This document shows, in pieces, positions 19,280 to 30,300 of a DNA stretch of 64,000 bases. The DNA comes from Flavobacteriaceae bacterium (GTDB lineage: Bacteria; Bacteroidota; Bacteroidia; Flavobacteriales; Flavobacteriaceae): assembly GCA_002862755.1 (NCBI GenBank), contig PKDY01000039.1, positions 8,789 through 72,788 on the forward strand, given 5' to 3'. The position numbers and the translations under genes are program-made. Positions within the stretch are counted from its first letter, which is position 1. Each line of letters starts with the position of its first letter. The notes beneath the pieces were generated by a model that saw only the letters and a program-made list of their open reading frames with translations, ran no database searches and was not told the origin of the DNA.

Positions 19280-21493
19280 TTAAATATATTTAGGAATATA
19301 AATGGTGAAAGTTGCTCCTTTTCCAAGTACGCCTTTTGCAAAGATGTAGCCATTATGATTTTCAACAATTTTTTTACAAATTGCTAAACCTACACCCGTA
19401 CCTTGATATTCTGTCTTACCATGAAGTCTATTGAATAATAAAAAGATTTTTTCGGCATTTTCTTGTTCAAACCCGATACCATTATCAGTAAACTTAATTT
19501 TATGATATACTTCATTAGTAGGTTCGTTTAATATAGGTTCGTTTTTAGCTTTTATCTTTTTATATTTGATTACTATTTCAGGAACAACTTCTTCTTTAGA
19601 ATATTTCAAAGAATTACTAATTAAATTGGTAAAAAGTTGTTGCATTTGAAATTCTACTCCTTCAATAACATCAAAAGAATCATATTTGATGATTGCTTTT
19701 TTGTCTTCAATGTTTTGAGAAAGTTCTAGAATACTATTTGCTAATACTTCATTAAGATCTACTTGGGTGAACACATTATCACCTCTGTTAGTCCTTGAAT
19801 ATTGTAACAAATCATTAATTAAAATACGCATTCTGCTTGAAGCTTTTTCAATACGAATGAGATAATCTTTTCCAAAATCGGTTAGATTTTCTTTTTCTTT
19901 ATCGTTAATTCTAGAAATGAAAGTTTGAATTTTTCTAAGTGGTTCTTGTAAGTCATGACTGGCAACATGATTAAATTCACTTAGTTCTTTAATATTTTGT
20001 TCCAATTCATAATTTCGTTCTTCCAGTAATTCATTTTTGTGGTAATCCTCTGTTACATCTTGAGTGGTTCCAATCATACTTTCTAAACCACTTAAGTCGG
20101 TAAAGGATTTGGCTACCGTTTTGAAATGTCTTATTTCTTTATCTTTACGCACCACACGATAATTAAGAGCAGGAATCTCACCAGTTGTATTGGCATGTTC
20201 AAATGCTTTTTGGACTAACTCTCTATCATCTTCATAAATATGATCCATTAGATTTTCTAAGGTAGGTTGGAAAGATTTGGGTTCAAATCCCATTAATCGG
20301 AATTTATTTTCAGAATAGATGAATTCATTCGTTTCAAAATTAAAAATCCAGCTACCATAGTTACCTAAAATTTCAGCTTGACGACTCGATTCATCAAAAA
20401 TGATAAGTTCGTTATTTAATTTCTGTAAACTTTGAATGTTTTCTTCTAATAGTCTGTTTTTATTGATTTCATCCGTGATGTCATGCGTAACTCCTAAAAC
20501 CGTTTTATGTTTTAATTTTTCTACGAATAGTTTTCCTGTTGCTCTAAAATAGCGTATTTCGCCATCGGGTCGAATAATTCGAAAAGTGGTAGGAGGTAAA
20601 TTTTCCTCCCTTACGGTTTGGTCCATGATTCCTAGTACAATTTCTTTGTCTTCCGGATGTACAAAAGTTAGAAAATTATCATTTGTAGAAGGAAAGGAGA
20701 ACGGTTCATAACCTAGAATGCGATAAAAGTTTTCAGAATATTTAGTCACATGCGTAACTAAATCCCATTCCCAAGTACCAAAATTGGATAGAATTTCAGC
20801 TTGAGAGTTTAAAAAGAAAGCTTTATTTAATGTATTATTAGCATCTTTTAATTTTTCTAAGTCTTTATCAGTTTTATAGTACGCATAAACAATTAAAAGT
20901 ATGGTAACCAATAAAATACCAAGAGTCAATAGAGGTGTTAAACTGATTTGTTCGTTATAAATTGAATTTCTTTTCTTTAAAAAAGTATCTTCAATTTCAG
21001 TCATTTGGTTGATTTTATTACGAATGGCAACCAGTAATCGACTACTTTCATTAAAATCTTCTTTAAACTTTTTAGTCTTTTGGATTCTTTTGTTAGTGTC
21101 TGGATCAGAATATTCCCCGTTATAATCTAAACGCTTTTTAATAATTTCATATAATTCGTTTAGATTTTGTTGTTGTTTTTTATTGTCTTTGGTTAATCTT
21201 TTTAATTTGGCAAACGATTCATTAATATTGCTATTAGCTGTATAGTAGGGGTTTAGATACATACTTTCATTTGTAATCAAAAAACCTCTCATACTATTTT
21301 CCGAATCTTTGATATAAGAAAATAAATGTTCAAGTTCTAGATTCACTTCATAAGTATGCACAACCAGTTTTGATGATTTGGAGAGATTTTCGATATGTTT
21401 ATACGTTACGGCACCCACAAACAGTACCACAAATAAACTGATTGTAAAGATAATTTTATGAACTTTTGAAGTTTTAAATTTATTTTCTCTCAT
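19280..21493 (-). CDS. Membrane sensor histidine kinase: CHASE3 + two PAS + HisKA/HATPase
   Basis: TM-VVHTYEV...DSENSMRGFL (CHASE3)-TM; two PAS-PAC repeats (GTWEWD/GSWIFN, YRVVRKD); H-box ASHDLQEPLRKI; NLISNSLKY, DNGIGF, GTGVGLAICKKIVENH. Confidence 0.93.
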   Translation of the reverse strand: MRENKFKTSKVHKIIFTISLFVVLFVGAVTYKHIENLSKSSKLVVHTYEVNLELEHLFSYIKDSENSMRGFLITNESMYLNPYYTANSNINESFAKLKRLTKDNKKQQQNLNELYEIIKKRLDYNGEYSDPDTNKRIQKTKKFKEDFNESSRLLVAIRNKINQMTEIEDTFLKKRNSIYNEQISLTPLLTLGILLVTILLIVYAYYKTDKDLEKLKDANNTLNKAFFLNSQAEILSNFGTWEWDLVTHVTKYSENFYRILGYEPFSFPSTNDNFLTFVHPEDKEIVLGIMDQTVREENLPPTTFRIIRPDGEIRYFRATGKLFVEKLKHKTVLGVTHDITDEINKNRLLEENIQSLQKLNNELIIFDESSRQAEILGNYGSWIFNFETNEFIYSENKFRLMGFEPKSFQPTLENLMDHIYEDDRELVQKAFEHANTTGEIPALNYRVVRKDKEIRHFKTVAKSFTDLSGLESMIGTTQDVTEDYHKNELLEERNYELEQNIKELSEFNHVASHDLQEPLRKIQTFISRINDKEKENLTDFGKDYLIRIEKASSRMRILINDLLQYSRTNRGDNVFTQVDLNEVLANSILELSQNIEDKKAIIKYDSFDVIEGVEFQMQQLFTNLISNSLKYSKEEVVPEIVIKYKKIKAKNEPILNEPTNEVYHKIKFTDNGIGFEQENAEKIFLLFNRLHGKTEYQGTGVGLAICKKIVENHNGYIFAKGVLGKGATFTIYIPKYI

Positions 21494-21505
21494 ACAGCTT
21501 CTTCT

Positions 21506-21952
21506 TTACAGACGTAATAAAAAATTATCTTTATTTAAACCACTAGTATGATATTGCCAATTGATAGTTACTACTTCTGATAAAACTTTCTTTAGAGTAT
21601 TAAAATCACTTGGTTTTTTAATATAAATATTGGCACCCAAAACAAAAGTATTCTCAACATCTTGATCTGACGATGAGGTTGAATAGATGGCAATAGCGAT
21701 ATTATCAAATTTTTGATTTTTTTTAATTTCTTTTAAACATTCGATTCCATTTAGAATAGGCATATTTAAATCTAGAAAGATAATATTTGGTAAAACAGAT
21801 TCTGGGTGATGTAGAAAATCTAATAATTCTTTACCATTTTTAAAAGTATTGACGACTGTATTTATTTTTAATTCATCAAAAGCATCTGTAAAAAATAAAC
21901 GATCATCTTCGTCATCATCGGCTAAAGTAATTAAGATATAATCTTTCTGCAT
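21506..21952 (-). CDS. Single-domain response regulator (Rcp1-like receiver)
   Basis: ADDDEDD acidic pocket, FLDLNMP phospho-Asp, YSTS, IKKP. Confidence 0.95.
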   Translation of the reverse strand: MQKDYILITLADDDEDDRLFFTDAFDELKINTVVNTFKNGKELLDFLHHPESVLPNIIFLDLNMPILNGIECLKEIKKNQKFDNIAIAIYSTSSSDQDVENTFVLGANIYIKKPSDFNTLKKVLSEVVTINWQYHTSGLNKDNFLLRL

Positions 21953-21964
21953 GGTTTTAGTTTA

Positions 21965-22528
21965 TTAATTTATGTTTTTTGTAGCAATTTCTCTTCTTTT
22001 GGTAATAATCCTTTGAAAAGCAGAAGGAGTAATACCTGTAGTGTTTTTAAATTGAGTACTTAAATGCGCAACACTTGAATAATTCAATTTAAATGCAATT
22101 TCGGTAAGACTTAAATTTTCATTTACAATCAAATGTTTCGTCAATTCAATTTTTTGTAGGATGATAAAGTTTTCAATAGAAGTATAGGTAACTTCAGAAA
22201 AAATATTGGATAAATAGCCATAACTATGGTCTAATTTCTCTGCCAAATAAACGGAACTCTTTACATTAGGGGCCTCTTCATTAAATACCATTTCAATAAT
22301 GGCATCCTTGATTTTTTGAACCAAGATATTTTTCTGATTTTCAATTATTTCAAAACCATATTCTTCTAATAAGGCTGTAATTTGATGGTACGTATCTGTG
22401 GGTATGTTTTCTAAAAACAAAACTTCAGAAGCATTTACAATTTCAAATCGAATATTGAAACTTTTCAATTTTTCTTCTAAAATTTTTTTTGCTAAAACAT
22501 TGATGTCAAGCTTTAAAAATAATTTCAC
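21965..22528 (-). CDS. Short AraC-family HTH regulator (Bacteroidota type)
   Basis: GTG start; LAEKL.HSYGYLSNIFS, LSLTEIAFKLNYSSVAHLSTQFK.TTGITPS; short N-terminal domain; no cysteine in the protein. Confidence 0.88.
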   Translation of the reverse strand: MKLFLKLDINVLAKKILEEKLKSFNIRFEIVNASEVLFLENIPTDTYHQITALLEEYGFEIIENQKNILVQKIKDAIIEMVFNEEAPNVKSSVYLAEKLDHSYGYLSNIFSEVTYTSIENFIILQKIELTKHLIVNENLSLTEIAFKLNYSSVAHLSTQFKNTTGITPSAFQRIITKRREIATKNIN

Positions 22529-22611
22529 GGTACTGTTTTTAAATTTTAGTAAAAGTAAGAAAAATGTTTAATAAATAAATAGTTTTTATTAAACAAAAAA
22601 GTAGTCTTTTA

Positions 22612-23352
22612 TCATTTGTTATCTGCTGCTTCTTGTTTCTTTTCTGCTTCTTTTTGTGCTTCCTCTTGGGCTTTTCTTTTTTCTCTTTCTTTTTTTCTAA
22701 AATAGCCTCTTAATAGGAAATTATGCTTTGCCGCTTCCATATTTTCATTCAATCCTTTAGAACTTTTTCTTAAATTCTCCATCGTTTTTTCTAAATCTTG
22801 AGCCATACTTTCATCATTCATTAGTTTACCTAACGTTCCTTCACCATCATTAATATCAGTTAATAGAATGGCTAGTTCATCTGTAATTACTTCTGCGTTT
22901 TCAGCGGTTACTTTTACCGAAGCCATGATATCGTCCATTTCAACGGGTTCGTATGAACCAATAGTGTCACCATCTTGAATTTCTTTCGAATGAGATGAAC
23001 CTTGAGAAATAGTTAATAATTTATCCCCAATTACGCCTTCAGAACCTATAGAAGCTTTGCTATTTTTTTTGATAAACTTTTTAACATCTGATTTAATAGA
23101 TAAATCTACTTGTACGGTGCTATCGTTAATAATTTCAACATTATCAACGGTTCCCACATCTATTCCTGAGAAACGAACAGAGCTACCTACTTGCAAACCA
23201 CTCGCGTTTCTGAACTTGGTTTTTATCTTTATTTCTGAGCTAAATAAATTTTGTTGGCTACCAATTAAAAAGATAATTACAATTAAAAATGTTAGGCCTA
23301 AACTTACAAATAAGCCTAATTTTACTTTATATGATTTATTTTGTGATTCCAT
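22612..23352 (-). CDS. mlaD: MlaD/MCE-family protein
   Basis: TM + ASGLQVGSSVRFSGIDVGTV, IGSEGVIGDK; helical tail GEGTLGKL. Confidence 0.9.
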   Translation of the reverse strand: MESQNKSYKVKLGLFVSLGLTFLIVIIFLIGSQQNLFSSEIKIKTKFRNASGLQVGSSVRFSGIDVGTVDNVEIINDSTVQVDLSIKSDVKKFIKKNSKASIGSEGVIGDKLLTISQGSSHSKEIQDGDTIGSYEPVEMDDIMASVKVTAENAEVITDELAILLTDINDGEGTLGKLMNDESMAQDLEKTMENLRKSSKGLNENMEAAKHNFLLRGYFRKKEREKRKAQEEAQKEAEKKQEAADNK

Positions 23353-23367
23353 GTTTGTTGTTTTTTA

Positions 23368-24099
23368 TTAGTTGAAAAATGATTGTATGTAACTATCCTC
23401 ATCGTTTTCAAATTCGGATAGTGTTCCTTCTTTATATACTACGCCATCTTTTAGCATTATAATTCGATCTGCTACTGTTTGTACACATTTTATATCATGT
23501 GTAATAATAATTGAGGAAGTTTTAAATTTATTTTTGGTTTCATTAATGAGTTGACTAATTTCATCGGATGTAATCGGATCAAGACCCGTCGTAGGTTCGT
23601 CGTAAAGCAAAATTTTTGGATTCACGATTAACGTTCGTGCTAAACCAATTCTTTTTTTCATACCTCCAGATAATTCGGAAGGCATTTTATCAATGGCTTC
23701 TGGTAAACTAACGTCCTCTAAAACTTTTTCAATTTTTTGCGTAATTTCTTCTTTTGAGAATTTTTTATCCAATCGTGTTAATGGAAACGTTAGATTTTCT
23801 CTTACCGTCATAGAGTCATATAATGCAGCACCTTGGAATAAGAAACCGATCTTTTTTCTAACTTCAATTAAATCTTCATCCGTGCTATTTGCTATTTCAT
23901 AATCTTCTACTTTAATACTTCCTGAATCGAGTTGCAGTAAATTAACGATACATTTGATTAAAACCGATTTTCCAGTTCCTGATTTTCCCAAAATCACTAA
24001 GTTTTCATTCTCAAAAAGTTGTAAAGTAACTCCTTTCAGAATATCTTGTGTTCCAAAACTTTTGGTTACATCTTTTATGTCGATTAATGCCTTTTTCAT
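23368..24099 (-). CDS. mlaF: MlaF-type ABC ATPase
   Basis: Walker A GKSGTGKS, FQGAALYDSMTVRENL, LSGGMKKRIGLAR, LLYDEPTTGLDP, ITHD. Confidence 0.92.
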   Translation of the reverse strand: MKKALIDIKDVTKSFGTQDILKGVTLQLFENENLVILGKSGTGKSVLIKCIVNLLQLDSGSIKVEDYEIANSTDEDLIEVRKKIGFLFQGAALYDSMTVRENLTFPLTRLDKKFSKEEITQKIEKVLEDVSLPEAIDKMPSELSGGMKKRIGLARTLIVNPKILLYDEPTTGLDPITSDEISQLINETKNKFKTSSIIITHDIKCVQTVADRIIMLKDGVVYKEGTLSEFENDEDSYIQSFFN

Positions 24100-24905
24100 A
24101 ATAAATCAGTTATTTGAACGGCAATTAAGTCGACGATAATTAATAATAAGGAAGCGGTTACTACTGCTGAATTGGCAGCTACACCCACACTTTCTGTTCC
24201 TCTTCCAGCGTTGAAACCTTTGTAACATCCTACTAAACCAATAACGGCACCAAAAAAGAATGACTTAATAAGTGCAGGAAGTAAATCTATAAATTCAACA
24301 CTATCAAACGCTTGATGCATAAACAAAGTAAAACTAACATCGTCTTTGATATTCACACCTAGCCAACTTCCAAATATTCCAATAACGTCTGCATATAATG
24401 TTAAAATAGGTATCATTACCGTTGCGGCTAATACTCTCGGAACAATTAAAAAATTAATTGGATTCGTATTGGAAACTTCCATGGCATCGATTTGTTCCGT
24501 TACTCGCATAGAGCCTAGTTCTGCACCCATACTAGAACCAATTTTTCCTGCACAAATAAGCGCGGTAATAACAGGTCCCATTTCTCTAATAATGGATATA
24601 GCAACCATACCTGGAAGCATAGCAACAGCTCCAAATTCTACTAAAGGTGGTCGTGATTGAATGGTTAAAACCAATCCAATGATTATACCTGTAATTGAAA
24701 TTAATCCAACAGATTTATTTCCAATTTGATAACATTGTTTTAGGAATTCGCTTTTTTCAAATGAGGAATGAAAAATATTTTTCATCACACTTTTTAAATA
24801 ATACATTACATTGGCAACGTCTATAAAAAAGTCGATAAATTTTTGCTTGATATCATTCATAAAACTATTGGTTATGAATGAATTATTTGGTTTTAAATAA
24901 GACAT
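24096..24905 (-). CDS. mlaE: MlaE-type ABC permease
   Basis: IREMGPVITALICAGKIGSSMGAELGSMRVTEQIDAMEV, GCYKGF. Confidence 0.93.
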   Translation of the reverse strand: MSYLKPNNSFITNSFMNDIKQKFIDFFIDVANVMYYLKSVMKNIFHSSFEKSEFLKQCYQIGNKSVGLISITGIIIGLVLTIQSRPPLVEFGAVAMLPGMVAISIIREMGPVITALICAGKIGSSMGAELGSMRVTEQIDAMEVSNTNPINFLIVPRVLAATVMIPILTLYADVIGIFGSWLGVNIKDDVSFTLFMHQAFDSVEFIDLLPALIKSFFFGAVIGLVGCYKGFNAGRGTESVGVAANSAVVTASLLLIIVDLIAVQITDLL

Positions 24906-24927
24906 GGTTGGTTTTTTATTAGTTATT

Positions 24928-24988
24928 CAAAGCTAGATATAAAACCAATTGGTATGCTTACATAATTTTTTTCAAATTTTATATAATT
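24928..24988 (-). promoter_or_regulatory. Tandem-box promoter (regulon site 5) for mlaEFD and possibly the downstream AraC/RR/HK/yihY genes
   Basis: -7 24928-24935 (sense TAGCTTTG); TTACATAATT 24958-24967; TTATATAATT 24979-24988. Confidence 0.78.
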
Positions 24989-25019
24989 TACTATCTGATA
25001 GGATTCGAAAAGTACCTTT

Positions 25020-27302
25020 TTAAAAAGGATATCCAATTGCTAAATTGAATATTAGATTTTCTTTCCTCCAATTTCTGTCACCAAAATCAATTTCATCAAT
25101 TACCCATTCTTGACCTTTTGGTAAGTATGGTTTTCGTAAAGGGAAGGCAAAATCGGTTCTTAGAATTAGAAAAGAAAAATCGAATCGAAATCCTACACCT
25201 GTACCTATAGCTAATTGTTTTAGGAACTGATTGGAAAACTGAGCTCCAGGTTTATCAGAATTTTCGTTTAGTAACCAAATGTTTCCTCCATCTACAAAAA
25301 CGGCTCCTTTTATAAAATCATAAATTTTAGCTCTTAATTCGGTATTAAACTCTAATTTAATATCTCCAGATTGATCGGGTAAAAACGTATTATTTGTAGT
25401 GTCAATATACGTTCCAGGACCAATAGATCGTGCTCTAAAGGCTCTAATACTACTGGTTCCTCCAATAAAGAATTGTTTTACAAAAGGGAGTTCATTGGAG
25501 TTACCATACGGAATACCAACACCTAATATGATTCTACTAGCTAATTTGGTTTCATTACCAAAGTTTAAGTAATGTCTAAAATCGGTTTCAAATTTGGCAA
25601 ACTGACTAAAAGGAACCCCCAGAATGCTTTTTGGATTATTGGGATCATTGGCACCCATAATTAATCCTGTTGCATTAGCAGATAAATCTAATGCACCTTT
25701 AAAATAGAAAGTGTTTTTTTTCTGGGTATACATGGTGTTCGTATAGGTATAAGAGTAGGTAGGGCCAAAAATAAGTTGTTTTTGGATGACTTTCTCCAAA
25801 GAAGAATTTTCTTGAATTTGCTCTCTGTACAAGTCGGTTACTTTGTTGGGCTTGGTGTATGTAATATCAAAAACATTTAAGTTATGTTCTTTTCTTTCAT
25901 TTTCTTTCCACATATAACCAAAGGAACTTTGAAATGTATGTAAGGCATACAATTGTGTTCGTAATTGGTATTCATAATTTATGGAAGCTTTGGTTCTAGG
26001 GACAAAACCACTAGCTGTATGTACTTTAAAAGGAGTAATAAATCGAGGCCAAATTAAACTGGTTTCTCCACCCAAACGATACACATTAAATCCATTATTT
26101 TGTCCAGAAACTTGTACCTCTAAACCACCAAATGCTTTTATACTTAACAGTTCAGCACCTCTAAAGGTATTACGATTACTCCAATTGATATTTAATTCGG
26201 TACCTGAATAATTGGCTGAATTACTTTTTGCTAAGGCTTCTACTCGTATTGATTTTTTAGGTAACGGTGTGAGGTAATAATAGGCATCTAAATAATTCCC
26301 TATGGTATCACTTTCTTTAAACTGATTTTTTACAAATTTGAAAGTTCCAAGAGTGATTAATCGATTCAATGATAAATTATGATTGGTTCTATTATAGAAA
26401 TCTCCTTTTTCAAAATTCAAGGTGTTTTCAAAGACAGTAGGTTTGAAAAGTTTTTCACGATCAATAATGGTAAAGTCTTTATATTTTTCTGTTGCAGAGG
26501 AATTTTTTTGTAAGGTGTCTTGTTCCAATTTAAAATTAGAATACACATAAATTTCGTTGATATGATAGGCTTTTCTAGCTTTTTCGGGAGTTGTTTCTTT
26601 AATATCTAACCATAATTTTACTTCATGATTCCCTACAGTACTGTCCACTTTCGTTAGAATAAAGTTTTCATTAAAATAATAGTAACCTAGCTCTTTCAAT
26701 TTTACATCTATTCGGGATCTTTCCGTTTTAATTTTATCTAAATCATAGGATTCACCAAGCTTCAATAGACTGTTTTTTTTCAATCCTACAATTTCTTTTC
26801 CTAAAGAAGTAGAATCATTAGGATATTGTATTTCTTTTATTTTATATTGATAATTTAAACTAACCACATAATCTGCAGTAGCTTTTTTTCTTGTTTTAGT
26901 GGAATCAGCTTGTGTTTTTACATTAAAAAAACCTTTATTTTCTGCATGGTTTTGTATGATTTTCTTATTGTATGCTAAATCTACTTCACTAAATAAAACC
27001 GGTTTTTCCCCTAATTTATATTTTAACCAATGACGAAATCCTTTTTCTTTTTTTACATCACCAGCTAAATTGTAAAAGAAGATGCCAGGTCGCATTCCAA
27101 GAATAGAACGATTTGGTTTTGGACGAATCAATTCATACAGTGATTTTTCAATTTTTTTCCTTTCACTACGAGATGTTTTTTCTCCATTTACTTCTATTTT
27201 ATGTCCGGTATATAGTAAGTCGCCTTCGGGTATATTTTTTGTACCACTGCAACTATATAAAATCAAAAGAGTAAAAATTAGTATGGAATATCTTGTCTTC
27301 AT
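25020..27302 (-). CDS. Lipidated Omp85-family protein (TamL/TamA-type)
   Basis: Lipobox YSC; POTRA-like region; Omp85 barrel motifs GGTSSIRAFRARSIGPG, FVDGGNIW, GVGFRFD, FNLAIGYPF. Confidence 0.88.
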   Translation of the reverse strand: MKTRYSILIFTLLILYSCSGTKNIPEGDLLYTGHKIEVNGEKTSRSERKKIEKSLYELIRPKPNRSILGMRPGIFFYNLAGDVKKEKGFRHWLKYKLGEKPVLFSEVDLAYNKKIIQNHAENKGFFNVKTQADSTKTRKKATADYVVSLNYQYKIKEIQYPNDSTSLGKEIVGLKKNSLLKLGESYDLDKIKTERSRIDVKLKELGYYYFNENFILTKVDSTVGNHEVKLWLDIKETTPEKARKAYHINEIYVYSNFKLEQDTLQKNSSATEKYKDFTIIDREKLFKPTVFENTLNFEKGDFYNRTNHNLSLNRLITLGTFKFVKNQFKESDTIGNYLDAYYYLTPLPKKSIRVEALAKSNSANYSGTELNINWSNRNTFRGAELLSIKAFGGLEVQVSGQNNGFNVYRLGGETSLIWPRFITPFKVHTASGFVPRTKASINYEYQLRTQLYALHTFQSSFGYMWKENERKEHNLNVFDITYTKPNKVTDLYREQIQENSSLEKVIQKQLIFGPTYSYTYTNTMYTQKKNTFYFKGALDLSANATGLIMGANDPNNPKSILGVPFSQFAKFETDFRHYLNFGNETKLASRIILGVGIPYGNSNELPFVKQFFIGGTSSIRAFRARSIGPGTYIDTTNNTFLPDQSGDIKLEFNTELRAKIYDFIKGAVFVDGGNIWLLNENSDKPGAQFSNQFLKQLAIGTGVGFRFDFSFLILRTDFAFPLRKPYLPKGQEWVIDEIDFGDRNWRKENLIFNLAIGYPF

Positions 27303-30300
27303 TCGTTTTTTTTGTCCTTGTTTTTTTGGAATAATTCTTTAAACTTATCATAATTCATAGTAATTATGAAAGCCACTCCAGTCTCTATAACTTGTCCTTG
27401 AAGCGCAACTTGATAGTTGTTTTTTCGATAGGCTTTTAATTTGTATCTACCATCTTTAGTAATCAAATATTCAGCTGTAAGGTCACCAGCAATATTATTT
27501 GCTTGTTCATTTTCATTTTGAGTACCTTCAATTCCAAAACTACTTCCAACAGATATTTTTAAGCGATCGTCTACTAGTTCTTTAGAAATACCCACATTCA
27601 AATCGGTTCTATTTTGTTTTTGGCCCGATGTGTAATCTTCAGTAGCTTGTAAATCAAAGTCAATTTGAAAACCTTGAATTAAATCACCTGCAATTTGATT
27701 GAGTTGTTCCGATAAGATTCGACTGGCACTTTGTTTGGCCAAGTAGGATGCACTAATTCCTCCAGTTTCACTTTGGAATGGATTTTCTCCAATGAATCGA
27801 TTCAGTAAAAGAACTGCAAAAACTTGTTTATTTAGAACATCTTCTTGTTGACGAATTTGTTCTAATTTTGCTTGAGTCGTATTAATAACTTCAGCTGAAA
27901 CATCATTATTTTCTTCCGGTAAAACAATATCAAAATGAATTTCAGGTTTCATGAGTTCACCTGTCATTTTTAATTGGGTTTCAAAGGGTATTTTTTGTTT
28001 GTATGTATTTCTCACTCCAGCGGTTACTTCCCCTAATTGATCATTCACTAAATCAATAGGAGCGATATCGGTTTTGTATATTGCGGTTACATTTACATTA
28101 GCACTTGTTGGTTCACCAGTCCATACAATATAACTACCCGGTTTAATATCAAATTTTCTTTTTATAAGGTTAAAATTCATCTCATATGAACCCGAAGTAA
28201 ACTCATATTTACCAGTTAAGGTAGTTTTTCCTGATGGATCGATACCTCCATTTAATTCTGCTTCTCCTTTTAACTTTAAGAAATCTCCATTCGCTTTATC
28301 AATGATGATTGAGATTTCAGCATCTTTATCAATTTCAATATTTACAGAGGCATTCATCCCTTTTATATCGGTTTCTGTAATTGCTTTGGTAGGATCTTTT
28401 ACGGTTATTAAAACGGGCTGATCCTCATCAACAAATTTTACAATTCCTTCTCTGTCTGCAATAGAAGGGTCTTCTTGTGGTAAAACAATAGTAAATTCAG
28501 TGTCTTTATTAATTTTAATATTCCCTTCAATTATCGGACTTTCAAAATCTCCTTTTAGGATAAGGTTATTGTCTAAATATAATTTACCATAAAATAAATC
28601 ACTATCTTTTGCTTCTGAATTTACTGCTCTAAAATTGTCTGCTTTAATCTTTAAATCAAACCCTAAATTAGCATAATTAGCGCTATTAACAGTACCATTA
28701 ATTTCTAAATCATTCTCATTTTCATCTTTAAATCGAAAGGTATTGAACGTTATTGTTTGATTGTTGAAATCAATAGCGTCATTAATTAGTTTAAACTTCG
28801 AATTAAGAGGAGCTACAACAAAACCAACATTATTAAATTTGATTTGGCCTTGAATTTCTGGATTATTGGCTTGCCCAGTAATCGTTAAATTTCCATTCAA
28901 ATACCCATCACTTTCTGTCAAATTTCCTGAGGTAAAAGGTTGTATCGATTTCATTTGTAATTTTTCTAACGCCACTTTAAAATCTAAGTTTCCAGTACCA
29001 ATTTGATAATCACCTTGTATTGCTGCTTGATTGTTTTGCCCACTTAAATTAATATTAGCAGTGTAAGTATTGGCAATTTTATTATCTATTTTTAAAGCAA
29101 TGGTTCCAATGGTATCTTTTTTGAAGCTCGCATCATCAATCGTAATATCGGCTACAAAAACGGGTGTTTTATGTAGGTTTTCAATAGTGGTGAATCCATT
29201 CACTCTTCCTCCAAATTCATAATTGGAAGTTACTATATTTGTAATAGATTTTAATTCGAAATCTTTCAAATCTATTTGAATCGGCGATTCGAATGATTCC
29301 GTTTCGGATTGTATTTTTAAGTTATTCTGATTATGGTTTAAGATGAAATCTTGTATGTTAATTCCATTTTTATTGATGATAATGGTATTTTTTGAATCAA
29401 TATTCCAATTTTCATAGTTCAGTACTAGTTTTTCAGCATCAATTTGAATAGTAGAATTTGTATCAGTTTGCTTATAATTTCCAGCAAAATTGTATTTTTC
29501 AACGTCTTTATTATCTGAGATACGAAGTTGATAATCGAGTTGATTATGCTCCACTTTACCAGAAACTTGAGTTTTTGGAACGATTATATCACTATTTTTT
29601 AGTTTCCCAATTTCTACATCATATACTAATGCTTTTTCTTCTTTATCGACAGAAATTGTAACCCCATTTATTTCATTATTAGCATATTTTACATGAGGAA
29701 TAGTTCCTTTTATACGGATACTGTCATTGGCCGAATTGTAATTACCATTGATATGAATAGCTGATGTTTCTTCTAAATCAGGTACTATCTTTTTTAAAAT
29801 TTCTTCTTCTTTTATATAGATATCAAAATTTACATGTTGCGGTGGATTGGGTGCTTTTGAACCAGAAGATGAAGTACTATTAAAATAATGGTTAAACGAT
29901 TGAGAAACAGCTGTTGGTAAAGAAGCCAATTCATAGTTTCCATTTAAATTAACATTTACAAATTGCGATTTTAAAAGAATCGAATCTTGTGTTTCCGTTG
30001 CAACCGATTTTAAATAAATGGTATCTAAAGGAAATTGTTCGTTTTCAAGCGCTACTAAAAAATTAGTTGCCATTAAAGAACCATTCAAATGGTTCACATC
30101 TAAAGTTTCAAAATCTGCAGTAATATTTCCCTTCATCTTTAAAGGACCTGCATGTAAATTTAATTTGTTTAAATCGATTAAATCTAGATTTAGATGGAGT
30201 TGCGCTTTAGGGTATTTTCCATCAAAATCTCCCTTAGATTCTAATTGAAAAGTTATATTAGGATCATTACTTTTAGTTGTAACTACAAAATGGCCGTTTT

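Noticed and set aside
22550-22600. Own tandem-box promoter for the AraC gene
   Set aside because: A -7-like octamer exists, but no boxes occur at the expected distance.
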